DNA of 64,000 nt from Bdellovibrionota bacterium (GCA_050952645.1 JBMNLI010000017.1:288001-352000); one strand, 5' to 3'; shown: positions 32,320 to 42,478, counted from the first letter of the stretch. The notes: generated from the letters alone by a model not told the origin. Made by a program: numbers and translations.

Positions 32320-34704
32320 TTATCCATTTGAAGAAGGAACGCACATCATTACTGGTTTACATTCTCCATTTCCGTGTTCTCTGTGATAGCAACTATCTTT
32401 TAGGCAATTTGTGCTACAATGCTCAGCATCGTATGGTCGTCTCTGTAATATTTTTCCCTCTTTGCAAGTTGTAACACAACGATAGTTAATAAGATCAACT
32501 TCCGCATCGTCGCCATTAGGCTTGCAGCAAATATATTTTCCATTTTGAAATGACACTTCTTCAGTATAGTAATTATTACAACAACCATTAGTACAACCTT
32601 TTGGTTTACAACTCCAGCCTCCTTCAATTTGAATCGGTTCTTCCCCTTCTGACTTATTACAACACCTTTGACCATCACCAGTACAATATCCATCATCACA
32701 ACACCCCTTGCCACAAGCAGAACTGCCTTCATCGCAACACGTTGTTCCATCACCAGATAGTCGTTCATCTGGGCAACAAAAAGTGCCATTGTTTGTAGGA
32801 GTAGTGCCAAGCGCGCAACAAGATTGAACTCCTTCCACAGTTATAATTTGACTATTTTCACAACATTCTTTAGTTTCAGTGCCAATGCAAGTAGAAGTTT
32901 CTGTATTACAACACTCATTTTGGCAAAAAGTTTGATTAGCTTCGCAACAAGCTTTAGTATTTGGATTATAATCTAATCCTTCACAGCAAACTTTAACACT
33001 GTCTCCATGACAATCATTTTCATTGCAGCAAGTTTCACCACACGGTTTTTTACCATCTTCGCAACATTTATCATTTATACAATTTGTGCTTTCGCAACAT
33101 TTACCGTCACAAAAAGTTTCATTAGATTCGCAACAAGCTTTAGTATTTGGATTATAATCTAACCCTTCACAGCAAACTTTAACACTGCCACCATGACAAT
33201 CATTTTCATTGCAACAAGTTTCGCCACACGGCTTTTTACCATCTTCGCAGCATTTACCATTTATACAATTTGCGCTTTCGCAACATTTACCGTCACAAAA
33301 AGTTTGATTAGCTTCGCAACAAGCTTGAGTATTCGGATTATAATCTACTCCATTACAGCAAAGTTTATTATCGTTATGACAATTTGATGCATCACAACAA
33401 ATTCCCCCACATATATTTTGATCAGTCTCGCAACATTTCTTTTCCTTAGAACTATACTCTACCAAAAGGCTACAGCAAGTTTTCCCATCATGGCAAGCAG
33501 ATGTTTCGGTATTGCAACATGTGCTTCCGCATACAATATCTTTTTCTCCAGAGCAACACGTGCCTTCTGCGCATTTTGTTTCATCACAACATTCTTCTCC
33601 GCAAAGTATTTGCCCCGTGTCATCACAACATTCAGTATTATTTAGACACTGACCTTCTGGGCAACACCACTCTCCACATAGTGTGCCATCTCTATCTTCG
33701 CAACAGCCAAATGTATCAGCACCACTTGCGCAGCATCTAGTTTCGAGAATAGTTTCATCAACATTTTTATTATCACAACATGCTCCATCTATCAAAGTAG
33801 TGCCTTCAGAACAAGATAAAGTAGAAGAAGCAGATTCTTCACTGCTCTTACTTTCTAAACTACTACTTTCTAAGCTTTCGCTCGAAGCTACACTTTCTAA
33901 AGAGCTCTCACTAGCACTTACACTCTCTTTTATGCAATTATATACGATATAAATATCCTCTCCTTCTTCTTGTACTTCTATACTACACGTTTCGCTATCC
34001 TCGCAACATAAATGCCCACACTGCCTATCAGAAGGACACGCTAAAGAAGCACTAGATAAACTTTCACTGCTAAACGTCTCAGAAGAAAAACTAAACGAGC
34101 TTTTACTCACTTTCTCACAACTAGGAATCGGGATAATCTCACCGTCTGCATTTTCTTGTAAATACGTTTTACACTCCCTCCCCTCTTCACAACAAAGATA
34201 ACCACACTGCCTCTCAGGAGGACACGCTGAAGAAAAACTAAAAGAGCTTTCACTAGATAAACTACTCTCCGAAGAGCTTTCACTTTCCGATGAGCTTTCA
34301 CTTGAAAAAGAAGAAAAACTTTCACTTATAATAACTGGCGGTAAAGATGATGCTGAAGAACTTTGAGTATCACACCACCAAGCAACAACATTTCCAAGCC
34401 CATCGGTCATATAACGACACATTCCTTTCTTACAACATAAGCCAAAACAAAAATCTTCATCTGGTTTACAACCCCCAACTGGCACGCTCGAAGTGGAATC
34501 TTCACTTTCACTAGAAAAACTACTACTAGATGGATTTACTGGCGGTAGTGGTGGCTTCTTACTACTACTAGACGAAAAACTACTATAATAAGAACTAGTG
34601 CTAGGCGACGTAATAGGAGGCTCTGGTGGCAAGCTACTTAAATTACTACTAGAAGACGAACTCTTACTAGAGCTAATTGCTAAAAATAATCGCTTCACAA
34701 ACAT
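32320..34704 (-). CDS. 5'-truncated Ser/Cys-rich cassette C3 with a long, distinct CC-repeat tip
   Basis: First ~280 aa shared with C1, C2 and the full gene, then many CC-x-C repeats including a 186-bp internal tandem repeat; unique C-terminus. Confidence 0.75.
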   Translation of the reverse strand: MFVKRLFLAISSSKSSSSSSNLSSLPPEPPITSPSTSSYYSSFSSSSSKKPPLPPVNPSSSSFSSESEDSTSSVPVGGCKPDEDFCFGLCCKKGMCRYMTDGLGNVVAWWCDTQSSSASSLPPVIISESFSSFSSESSSESESSSESSLSSESSFSFSSACPPERQCGYLCCEEGRECKTYLQENADGEIIPIPSCEKVSKSSFSFSSETFSSESLSSASLACPSDRQCGHLCCEDSETCSIEVQEEGEDIYIVYNCIKESVSASESSLESVASSESLESSSLESKSSEESASSTLSCSEGTTLIDGACCDNKNVDETILETRCCASGADTFGCCEDRDGTLCGEWCCPEGQCLNNTECCDDTGQILCGEECCDETKCAEGTCCSGEKDIVCGSTCCNTETSACHDGKTCCSLLVEYSSKEKKCCETDQNICGGICCDASNCHNDNKLCCNGVDYNPNTQACCEANQTFCDGKCCESANCINGKCCEDGKKPCGETCCNENDCHGGSVKVCCEGLDYNPNTKACCESNETFCDGKCCESTNCINDKCCEDGKKPCGETCCNENDCHGDSVKVCCEGLDYNPNTKACCEANQTFCQNECCNTETSTCIGTETKECCENSQIITVEGVQSCCALGTTPTNNGTFCCPDERLSGDGTTCCDEGSSACGKGCCDDGYCTGDGQRCCNKSEGEEPIQIEGGWSCKPKGCTNGCCNNYYTEEVSFQNGKYICCKPNGDDAEVDLINYRCVTTCKEGKILQRRPYDAEHCSTNCLKDSCYHREHGNGECKPVMMCVPSSNG

Positions 34705-34829
34705 CGAATAATTTTTAAATATAATTGACTAAAAATTGCTATTTTGAGAGAATGAAAAGACTAGATGCTTTTTAAAAAGCACGACGAAAGGTTATTTTTG
34801 TGTATTAAATCTTTGCATAGATTGTCTTT

Positions 34830-35768
34830 ATGTTAAAGAATAAGCTAAAAAGCTTTGCACAAAAAGGATTTAACTTTTTACATAAAAGGTACAGAACAAT
34901 GAACCGACAATTGTATGCATTGTATGCGATTATTCTTTCGTTTGGGATTATCGGCTCTACTATCTTAACTACAGGATGCAACAACGGCGATAAGGGAGAC
35001 ACTATTTCCTCCACTCGAGCAGTTCGTGAGGATAATGGAGTAGTTGAAACTACACCTCCTCAAATTCCAAACTCGGAAGAAAAGGAAAGCGACTCTCTTC
35101 AACAAAAAGAGACTAATGAAGTTGCTACCACCGATGAGCAAAACGATGAAGCGACTCCTAACATTGCTAAAAGCGAGGAAACCGCTTCGGAAGTTAGCAC
35201 CAATGAGCCTATTAGCGCGGAACTTGCAGAGATTGTAAAGGCCGTAGAAGAGCAAGGCTATTGGTTTAACACCAACGCTACTAAATTAGAAGGCTATTGG
35301 ACCTACGATGGAACTAAGCCTAAAATAATAGAAAGCGATGACAGCAGGTTAGCAGTCATACTCGACTCGGAAGATGGGATTTTTGGAAGGTTTTCCAACC
35401 GATTTAGGATTAACGAAGAAAAAACCTATCCTGATGTTTTTGTATGGATAAACACGAACAATAAACCATTAGCAAGGGGAGCTTCAATACTCGAGGAATT
35501 AGCGAATAGTCCTTGGAACGAAGTATTATATCCCATCGACGCTTGCTCACTTTATAAAAAAGTGGCATACGAACAGTATGAACTTAAAAACGGAATAACG
35601 TTTTGGAATATAAATACGTATTGCTCAGACCCAACCAAGGAATGTTTTTATTCAAAATATCCAATCATTGTATATTTTCATGATTGGAAGAAGAAGAAAA
35701 AGCAAACAAAACAAACAGGACAAACAAACTGCTTTGGCATGTTAAACTTAGTTAGCTTAGAAGAATAA
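34830..35768 (+). CDS. Lipoprotein, locus family copy L5 (nearly identical to L2)
   Basis: Differs from L2 by K->Q and P->R only in the translations provided. Confidence 0.8.
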   Translation: MLKNKLKSFAQKGFNFLHKRYRTMNRQLYALYAIILSFGIIGSTILTTGCNNGDKGDTISSTRAVREDNGVVETTPPQIPNSEEKESDSLQQKETNEVATTDEQNDEATPNIAKSEETASEVSTNEPISAELAEIVKAVEEQGYWFNTNATKLEGYWTYDGTKPKIIESDDSRLAVILDSEDGIFGRFSNRFRINEEKTYPDVFVWINTNNKPLARGASILEELANSPWNEVLYPIDACSLYKKVAYEQYELKNGITFWNINTYCSDPTKECFYSKYPIIVYFHDWKKKKKQTKQTGQTNCFGMLNLVSLEE

Positions 35769-35834
35769 GCGCTTTATAGATAGAGACACAGGCGTAAAAA
35801 GACACGCCTGCCCGTCTCTATCTTTTTTATTTTA

Positions 35835-38800
35835 TCAACTAAAACTACTAGTGCTATAATCTGATGTATTAGTGCTTTTATTACTTTCAAAACTTTGCGA
35901 TGAAAATAAGGAAGTCGAAGAAACGCTTTCTGCTAAAGATGAACTGCTACTACTAGCTCCACATACCCAATATCCCGAACTAAGATCTTGCCACCATAAA
36001 TCTTCCTTACAACACATATAAACCTTATGTGGAGAATGGCTTTCTTGTATAAAACCTATTTGTCTCATAGTTTCTCCATTATTTTGACACTTAGCTGGGT
36101 TATCACACCATAAATTACCTTGAGCATTGGTATAAGTTGAACCCTGTGGACAACAACGAGTTATTTGATTTCCATAAGCATCTCTTCTAATAATAGATAT
36201 CTCTCTTGAATCGCAACAATCATTGCACGGCTCTTCACATCCCCCATTAAAAGGCACTTGCCAATCTTGGCAACAGAGACTTTCATCAGGATTAGCGCAT
36301 TTACCATTATCACAACACGGTTTATCTCCACACGGCACAGGATCTTCATTAGGGCAGCAAGTATCAGAATTACATTTATTTGGGTCGCAACAAACGTCTC
36401 CACACATTTCTGTACCTTCACTGCATGAAGAAGAACTGCTACTACTAAAACTAGATGACGAGCTAGAAGAACTGCTTGAACTACTTGGAGATGATGAACT
36501 AGAAGAAGAGCTACTTAAACTAGATGAACTAGGTGAGCTACTCTTACTCGAACTAGAACTTAAAGAGCTAGAAGAATTGCTTAAACTACTACTTTCTAAG
36601 CTTTCGCTCGAAGCTACACTTTCTAAAGAACTCTCACTAGAACTTACACTCTCTTTTATACAATTATATACGATATAAATATCCTCGCCTTCTTCTTGTA
36701 CTTCTATACTACACGTTTCGCTATCCTCGCAACATAAATGCCCACACTGCCTATCAGAAGGACACGCTAAAGAAGCACTAGATAAACTTTCACTGCTAAA
36801 CGTCTCAGAAGAAAAACTAGACGAGCTTTTACTCACTTTCTCACAACTAGGAATCGGGATAATCTCACCGTCTGCATTTTCTTGTAAATACGTTTTACAC
36901 TCCTCCCCCTCTTCACAACAAAGATAATCACACTGCCTCCAAGGAGGACACGCTGAAGAAAAACTAAAAGAGCTTTCACTTTCTGATGAGCTTTCACTCG
37001 AGAAAGAAGAAAAACTTTCACTTATAATTACTGGCGGTAAAGATGATGCTGAAGAACTTTGAGTATCACACCACCTTGCAGTAACAGAACCATTGACAAT
37101 GGTAAAGCGACAAGTCCCTATCGGACAACATAACCCCTCAAAACAAACTTCCGTATTTGGAGGGCAAACTTCTTGAGGCGTGCTCGAAGTGGAATCTTCA
37201 CTTTCACTAGAAAAACTACTACTAGATGGATTTACTGGCGGTAGTGGTGGCTTCTTACTACTACTAGACGAACTACTAGAATAAGAACTAGTGCTAGGCG
37301 ACGTAATAGGAGGCTCTGGTGGCAAGCTACTTAAATTACTAGAAGAAGAACTACTACTAGGCGACAAACTGCTTTTACTTGATGCACTTGGCAAGCTACT
37401 CTTACTACTTAAAGAACTAGAAGAACTGCTACTTGGCGAACTACTCTTGCTCGAACTGCTTTTGCTAAATGATGATGAACTCTTACTTGATGAACTACTA
37501 CTAGGTGATAAGCTTGAACTTAGAGAACTAGAAAAGCTAGATAAAGAACTCTTACTAAAACTACTACTACTTAATGAACTCCTCGAACTGCTACTTAGCG
37601 AAGAACTAGAACTTAAAAAACTAGAAGAACTGCTTTTACTAGATGAACGTGATAAGCTACTTTTACTTGAACTCGAACTGCTAATACTTGGTGATGAACT
37701 TGAACTTAAAGAACTGCTAAAACTACTTGTTGATGCACTGCTGCTACTACTAGACGAGGAACTCTCGCTAGATGAGCTACTACTTGGTGAAGAACTCTTG
37801 CTTGAAGATGAACTCTTACTAGAAGAGCTTGATGAGCTACTACTTGGTGAAGAACTCTTGTTTGAAGATGAACTCTTACTAGAAGAGCTTGATGAACTAC
37901 TACTACTAGGCGATAAGCTTGAACTTAGAAAACTAGAAGAACTACTACTAGATGAAGAACTAGAACTACTAGACGAACTAGACAAACTGCTACTACTTGG
38001 CGATAAGTTTGAACTTACAGAACTAGAAGAACTTGGCGAACTACTCTTGCTAGAGCTTTTGCTACTAGATGATGAACTTGAAGGTGAACTTAAAGATGAG
38101 CTAGAACTACTAAAACTACTACTACTTAATGAACTAGACGAACTGTTCTTACTACTAGAAGAAGAACTAGAACTTAAAGATGAGCTAGAACTACTTAAAC
38201 TGCTACTGCTAGAAGAACTTAGAGATGAGCTGCTACTAATAGATGCACTGCTACTAGATAAACTACTGCTACTACTAGACGATGAACTGCTAGATGATGA
38301 ACTACTACTAGACGAACTCCCCTTAGGTGAACTAGATGTATCGAAAATTTGCGCAGTCCTAAAAAAACCTACATGAAACGAATCTGCTATGAGAGGCTCA
38401 TCATCTAACAACTTAAATATATCTAATATTATACCAGACTTAATAAAAATCTTCCCTCCCTTCATTGTCCTAAGTTTTATCGTCTCACTTTCTTTATCAA
38501 CGGGAGCAAAATCTAAATATTCTTCCTTCTTCCACAAACTCCCTGGAAGTTTAGTAGTCTTTATACTATCATTATCTAATTTTATACCAGGAATTAAAAT
38601 AGCATACTTAGCTATACACGGCTCCCCTTTTAACTCAAAATATTTAAAGCCTAGTTGCTTAGGTGTCGCCACCTTTTTCGATAATGCTAAATTATAAGCC
38701 GTAATCCAAAATTTACATATAGTAGGACAATCTTTAGATAGAGCTTGCACCTCTGGCACTTCGCATACTTCATCTATTTCACTTCGAGTTTTCCCCCTTA

Positions 38801-39158
38801 TAGACTCACAATTAGGAACGTCTGTATCTCTTAAACCGTCTAGGCAATACTCTCTTAAAGCTACCATAAAATGAGGTGAAACATCGACTACAAATTGCAC
38901 TGGCCTATTTTCTACAGCTATTAACAAGTCTAGATTTCTCTCATTTAAACATACCATATGAAAAACAAATACGAAAACATTCGTCACTACCCATGTAAGT
39001 GCAAAATAATAAAAACAAACTATAGCCATCTCTGTTAAAATACTACCACGACTCGAATGAGACTTTTTATATTTATTTTTCATCAAATTTTTATTTTGAA
39101 AGAAATTTTTAAAGAAATCTTTCAATCGACTGTTTGAGGTTAAAAAAAACTTTAACAT
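35835..39158 (-). CDS. TadE-like prepilin with a long poly-Ser stalk and Cys-rich C-terminal tip (likely start 39083)
   Basis: MKNKYKKSHSSRG|SILTEMAIV plus hydrophobic helix is a class III signal peptide (G-1, E+5); ~330-aa Ser tract; Cys-rich modules. Confidence 0.75.
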   Translation of the reverse strand: MLKFFLTSNSRLKDFFKNFFQNKNLMKNKYKKSHSSRGSILTEMAIVCFYYFALTWVVTNVFVFVFHMVCLNERNLDLLIAVENRPVQFVVDVSPHFMVALREYCLDGLRDTDVPNCESIRGKTRSEIDEVCEVPEVQALSKDCPTICKFWITAYNLALSKKVATPKQLGFKYFELKGEPCIAKYAILIPGIKLDNDSIKTTKLPGSLWKKEEYLDFAPVDKESETIKLRTMKGGKIFIKSGIILDIFKLLDDEPLIADSFHVGFFRTAQIFDTSSSPKGSSSSSSSSSSSSSSSSSSSLSSSSASISSSSSLSSSSSSSLSSSSSSLSSSSSSSSKNSSSSSLSSSSFSSSSSSLSSPSSSSSSSKSSSKSSSPSSSSSVSSNLSPSSSSLSSSSSSSSSSSSSSSSSFLSSSLSPSSSSSSSSSSKSSSSNKSSSPSSSSSSSSSKSSSSSKSSSPSSSSSSESSSSSSSSSASTSSFSSSLSSSSSPSISSSSSSKSSLSRSSSKSSSSSFLSSSSSLSSSSRSSLSSSSFSKSSLSSFSSSLSSSLSPSSSSSSKSSSSFSKSSSSKSSSPSSSSSSSLSSKSSLPSASSKSSLSPSSSSSSSNLSSLPPEPPITSPSTSSYSSSSSSSSKKPPLPPVNPSSSSFSSESEDSTSSTPQEVCPPNTEVCFEGLCCPIGTCRFTIVNGSVTARWCDTQSSSASSLPPVIISESFSSFSSESSSESESSFSFSSACPPWRQCDYLCCEEGEECKTYLQENADGEIIPIPSCEKVSKSSSSFSSETFSSESLSSASLACPSDRQCGHLCCEDSETCSIEVQEEGEDIYIVYNCIKESVSSSESSLESVASSESLESSSLSNSSSSLSSSSSKSSSPSSSSLSSSSSSSSSPSSSSSSSSSSSSFSSSSSSSCSEGTEMCGDVCCDPNKCNSDTCCPNEDPVPCGDKPCCDNGKCANPDESLCCQDWQVPFNGGCEEPCNDCCDSREISIIRRDAYGNQITRCCPQGSTYTNAQGNLWCDNPAKCQNNGETMRQIGFIQESHSPHKVYMCCKEDLWWQDLSSGYWVCGASSSSSSLAESVSSTSLFSSQSFESNKSTNTSDYSTSSFS

Positions 39159-39787
39159 AAGAAGATTTTTTACTTTTTTTATATATTATATTAAATTTAT
39201 AACCTTTCACTTTTTAAGGTGAGCAAATTATGTACTATACGACAACTACACGATATAAGTCTAAAATCAAGCCTCGCAAAAATTTTTATTTTCGCTAGCA
39301 AAATTTTTTACTCTTTACGTTTTAAGGTGGCTTTAAAACTCCACTAAATAGTATAAATTTTATAACACTTACATACAAATAACAAGATTAAAAATCTTTA
39401 GTCTCTAAAAATTGTAATGATAAATTATAAGACTAAATGCAACACTTTTTTGAACTTAAACTTTCCCTTTTTTTACCAACAAAATTAACTATTATTTTAA
39501 TAAAACAACAACGGTTTTATAAAATAATTTTGTCAATTTACATTAAAAGATAGACTCTAACCCACTCAAAACATGAAGAGCCAAATAATTTTTAAAAAAG
39601 TTCAGAAACGACAAATAACAAGTCTTTAAGCTTAAGTTTTGAGCTATTAAAAAACATAGTATACTTAAAAACAAGAAAAAGTTAGGGTTTGAAATAAAAA
39701 TCCACATATAAAATCCACGCATAAAAATCCACACATAAAAAAAAGAGATGCCCAAATTAAAAGACATCTCTTTTCTTTTATAGTTTT

Positions 39788-40534
39788 TTATAGCTTTCCT
39801 TTAGCTTTTAGGAAACGCACAAATCTCCCTCTCAACATTAAGAGAAGCCTGTTATTAGAAGGACGGCTTGAAACTAAAAACCAAACACGACTCTTAAGGT
39901 TCATTAACTTCCCTCCTCTAGGGAGAAAAAGCCACGAGAACGCCATTGCAATAGAACTTCGAGCAACAAGCTTTACTGTAACATTTTCGTTTCTCTGCAA
40001 ACGACCAAGAGCGTCTGTATTTCGATTTTCATCGATATTGATTATAGCAAAAGATGGAACTTTGCCACTTAAAGAGCCTGGATCAATAATAAGAGTGCCA
40101 GTGTCTTTATCTTTTGTTACGTATTTGAGGTTAGATCTAAGCAAGGCAATATCCCCATCCCTTAAATTGCCTCTAGCAAGCTCATTCCCATTAAGAAGAA
40201 CTGCCACAATATCTTTCACTATCTCTCCGTTTGAACCTAACAAGCCTATGCACAACTTTTCTTGCATAGGTCTAACCCCACTCTTTTCACTACAGCAATC
40301 TAGCCACTCCTTTTGCAATAATTTGTTAAGTTTTTTATATTCGACATTAGTTACGATATACACCTTAAAATTTTTAAACTTATTTATAACTTTTGCTAAA
40401 ACTTTCTCTTCACGTTCGCCATTACAAAAAATAAATACGTATTCAACGCCACGATCCCTTAAGTAGTTAGCAACTTGTCCTGCGATTCTTCCACTTCTTC
40501 CATTTCCCACACCAGCTAGCACTGCAAATCTCAT
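39788..40534 (-). CDS. Hypothetical protein
   Basis: 248-aa ORF followed by a hairpin and T-tract at ~39740-39775; no recognisable motif. Confidence 0.55.
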   Translation of the reverse strand: MRFAVLAGVGNGRSGRIAGQVANYLRDRGVEYVFIFCNGEREEKVLAKVINKFKNFKVYIVTNVEYKKLNKLLQKEWLDCCSEKSGVRPMQEKLCIGLLGSNGEIVKDIVAVLLNGNELARGNLRDGDIALLRSNLKYVTKDKDTGTLIIDPGSLSGKVPSFAIINIDENRNTDALGRLQRNENVTVKLVARSSIAMAFSWLFLPRGGKLMNLKSRVWFLVSSRPSNNRLLLMLRGRFVRFLKAKGKL

Positions 40535-40809
40535 GGCTATAAACCTTTACTATAAACCTTTCTAACATTATAATTCTAACACTATATTTCTAACATTTTA
40601 ATAATGCTAAAATATTGTTTTCACTTCTACAACCTTTAAACTTATAGCGCTTTCGCACCATTGTTTTACACCCTTAGAAGAATAGATATTTTTAAGTTAT
40701 TAGTCAAATAATATAATCGATAAAATGCAGAAAATAATTTTAAAAAATCTTTATCTTAACCTTTATCTTAACCCTAATCTTAACCTTAAGTAAAAAGCAA
40801 AAATTCCCC

Positions 40810-42225
40810 CTACTTTCCTATGCAAAACTTTGAAAATATTTTTCCTAAGATATCCTCAGTATAAGTCTTTCCTATAATTTCTTCTAACGCACTTAAGGCA
40901 AGTCTTAACTCTGCACTTACTATTTCTATAGGTAAGTTTTTATCTATCGCATCTATTGAAGAAGATAAGCTAACGTAAGCTCTTTCTAAACAAGACTTAT
41001 GTCTTTCATTCGTAACTACTACCGAGCTTTCATTAGGGGAATATTTAGCCCTGACTTCTCTTTCAAGTTCTTTTAACAATACATCTATATTTATATTTTT
41101 TAACGCTGAAATTTTTACTATTTTTTTATCTTTTATAAGTTCTATTTTTTTATCCGATATATCAATTTTATTTTGAATAATCCAAAAATTCTTATTCTCA
41201 CTTTCTAAAAAATCGTAAAGCTCTTTACTTTCATCTATATTATCAAAATTTACTACGAGTAAAATTAAATTTGCCCAGTTGATTTTATTCTTTGCTAAAT
41301 CGATCCCTATTTTTTCTACTCGGCTATCGGTTTTGCAAATGCCAGCAGTATCGCAAAATATATACTCTAACCCATTAATAGTAGCGTGTTCTTCGATTAA
41401 ATCTCTAGTAGTTCCCGATATATCCGTGACTATCGCTCTTTCTTTATTAAGCAATCTATTAAGTAAACTACTTTTCCCAGCATTAGGAGTGCCTAAAATT
41501 AAGACTCTAAAGCCGTCCTTTACACATTGTCCATAATTAAACGAAGCTATATACTTTTTTATTATTTGATTAGCTGAAAATAAGCTATCCTTTATTTTTT
41601 CTAAGGAACTTGGGGCTATGTCTTCTTCAGGAAAATCTATGTTAGCTTCGAGCTGCACTAAAATATCTCTTAGTGGCGTTCCTATATCACTTACAGCTTT
41701 TGAAAACCTACCATCTAAATTTTCTTTAGAAAGCTTTAACGCTTCATTGGCATTAGATAAAATCACATCATTAACCGCTTCTGCTTGAACTAAATCTAAC
41801 TTGCCATTTAAAAAAGCTCTCTTTGTAAACTCCCCTGGCTCGGCAGGCTCTACGCCTAAACTATAAAGCATATTTAATATTTTTTCGACTATTAATGGAT
41901 TGCCATGAACGTGAAGCTCTGCGACATCTTCTCCTGTGTAGCTAAAAGGCGCTTTAAAATATATAACCACTCCACTATCTATTATATCGCTCGTGTTAGG
42001 ATGCACTATATCACCAAAATAGGCTACTCTAGGCTTTAGTAAACTAGACTTTGATAAACTATGCTTTGATGAACTAGAGTTTAATGATTTCGATGCTTTC
42101 GACAATTTAGAAATAAAAATTTTTTCTAATATGTCCTTAGTTTCATCACCACTAATTCTAATAATACAAATCCCTGCTTGAATAACTGGCGTTGCTGGTG
42201 CTGTTATAGTTTTAAAATCATTCAT
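40810..42225 (-). CDS. mnmE: tRNA modification GTPase MnmE/TrmE
   Basis: SYTGEDVAELHVHG, GEFTKRAFLNGK, GTPNAGKSS, GTTRD, DTAG, terminal FCIGK. Confidence 0.97.
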   Translation of the reverse strand: MNDFKTITAPATPVIQAGICIIRISGDETKDILEKIFISKLSKASKSLNSSSSKHSLSKSSLLKPRVAYFGDIVHPNTSDIIDSGVVIYFKAPFSYTGEDVAELHVHGNPLIVEKILNMLYSLGVEPAEPGEFTKRAFLNGKLDLVQAEAVNDVILSNANEALKLSKENLDGRFSKAVSDIGTPLRDILVQLEANIDFPEEDIAPSSLEKIKDSLFSANQIIKKYIASFNYGQCVKDGFRVLILGTPNAGKSSLLNRLLNKERAIVTDISGTTRDLIEEHATINGLEYIFCDTAGICKTDSRVEKIGIDLAKNKINWANLILLVVNFDNIDESKELYDFLESENKNFWIIQNKIDISDKKIELIKDKKIVKISALKNINIDVLLKELEREVRAKYSPNESSVVVTNERHKSCLERAYVSLSSSIDAIDKNLPIEIVSAELRLALSALEEIIGKTYTEDILGKIFSKFCIGK

Positions 42226-42478
42226 ATAATTTAAATATAATAATTAAAGATTTTTTTCACATTTTAAAGAAATTTTAAGCTCTTTATTAGCCCCTTCCCT
42301 TTCTTTTCTTTTTTCTTGCTCTCTTTTTTTTTATTGTTTCTTTATTGTTTCTTTGCTTCTTATTTTTCTTTTCTTTTTCCTCGTTTCCTAGCAGAGTCTA
42401 AAAGAAACAATTTTTCTAACCCGCCTAAAACGTGAAAGAACTAGAAATTTGCATAAAATAAATTACTTTAATATAGCT

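Noticed and set aside
37291..38376. 361-aa Leu/Glu-rich plus-strand ORF (also 28516-29109, 36223-36678, 25799-26245)
   Set aside because: Antisense shadow of Ser (or Thr-Pro) codons. A stop in that frame needs a sense codon starting TA or CA, which these tracts lack.
24445..39158. Diversity-generating retroelement as the source of variation
   Set aside because: No reverse transcriptase in the window, and differences between copies are not confined to adenines.
39698..39740. DnaA boxes (aaatccaca x3)
   Set aside because: Only 7/9 matches to TTATCCACA at best, and explained by the local 13-14-bp tandem duplication pattern.
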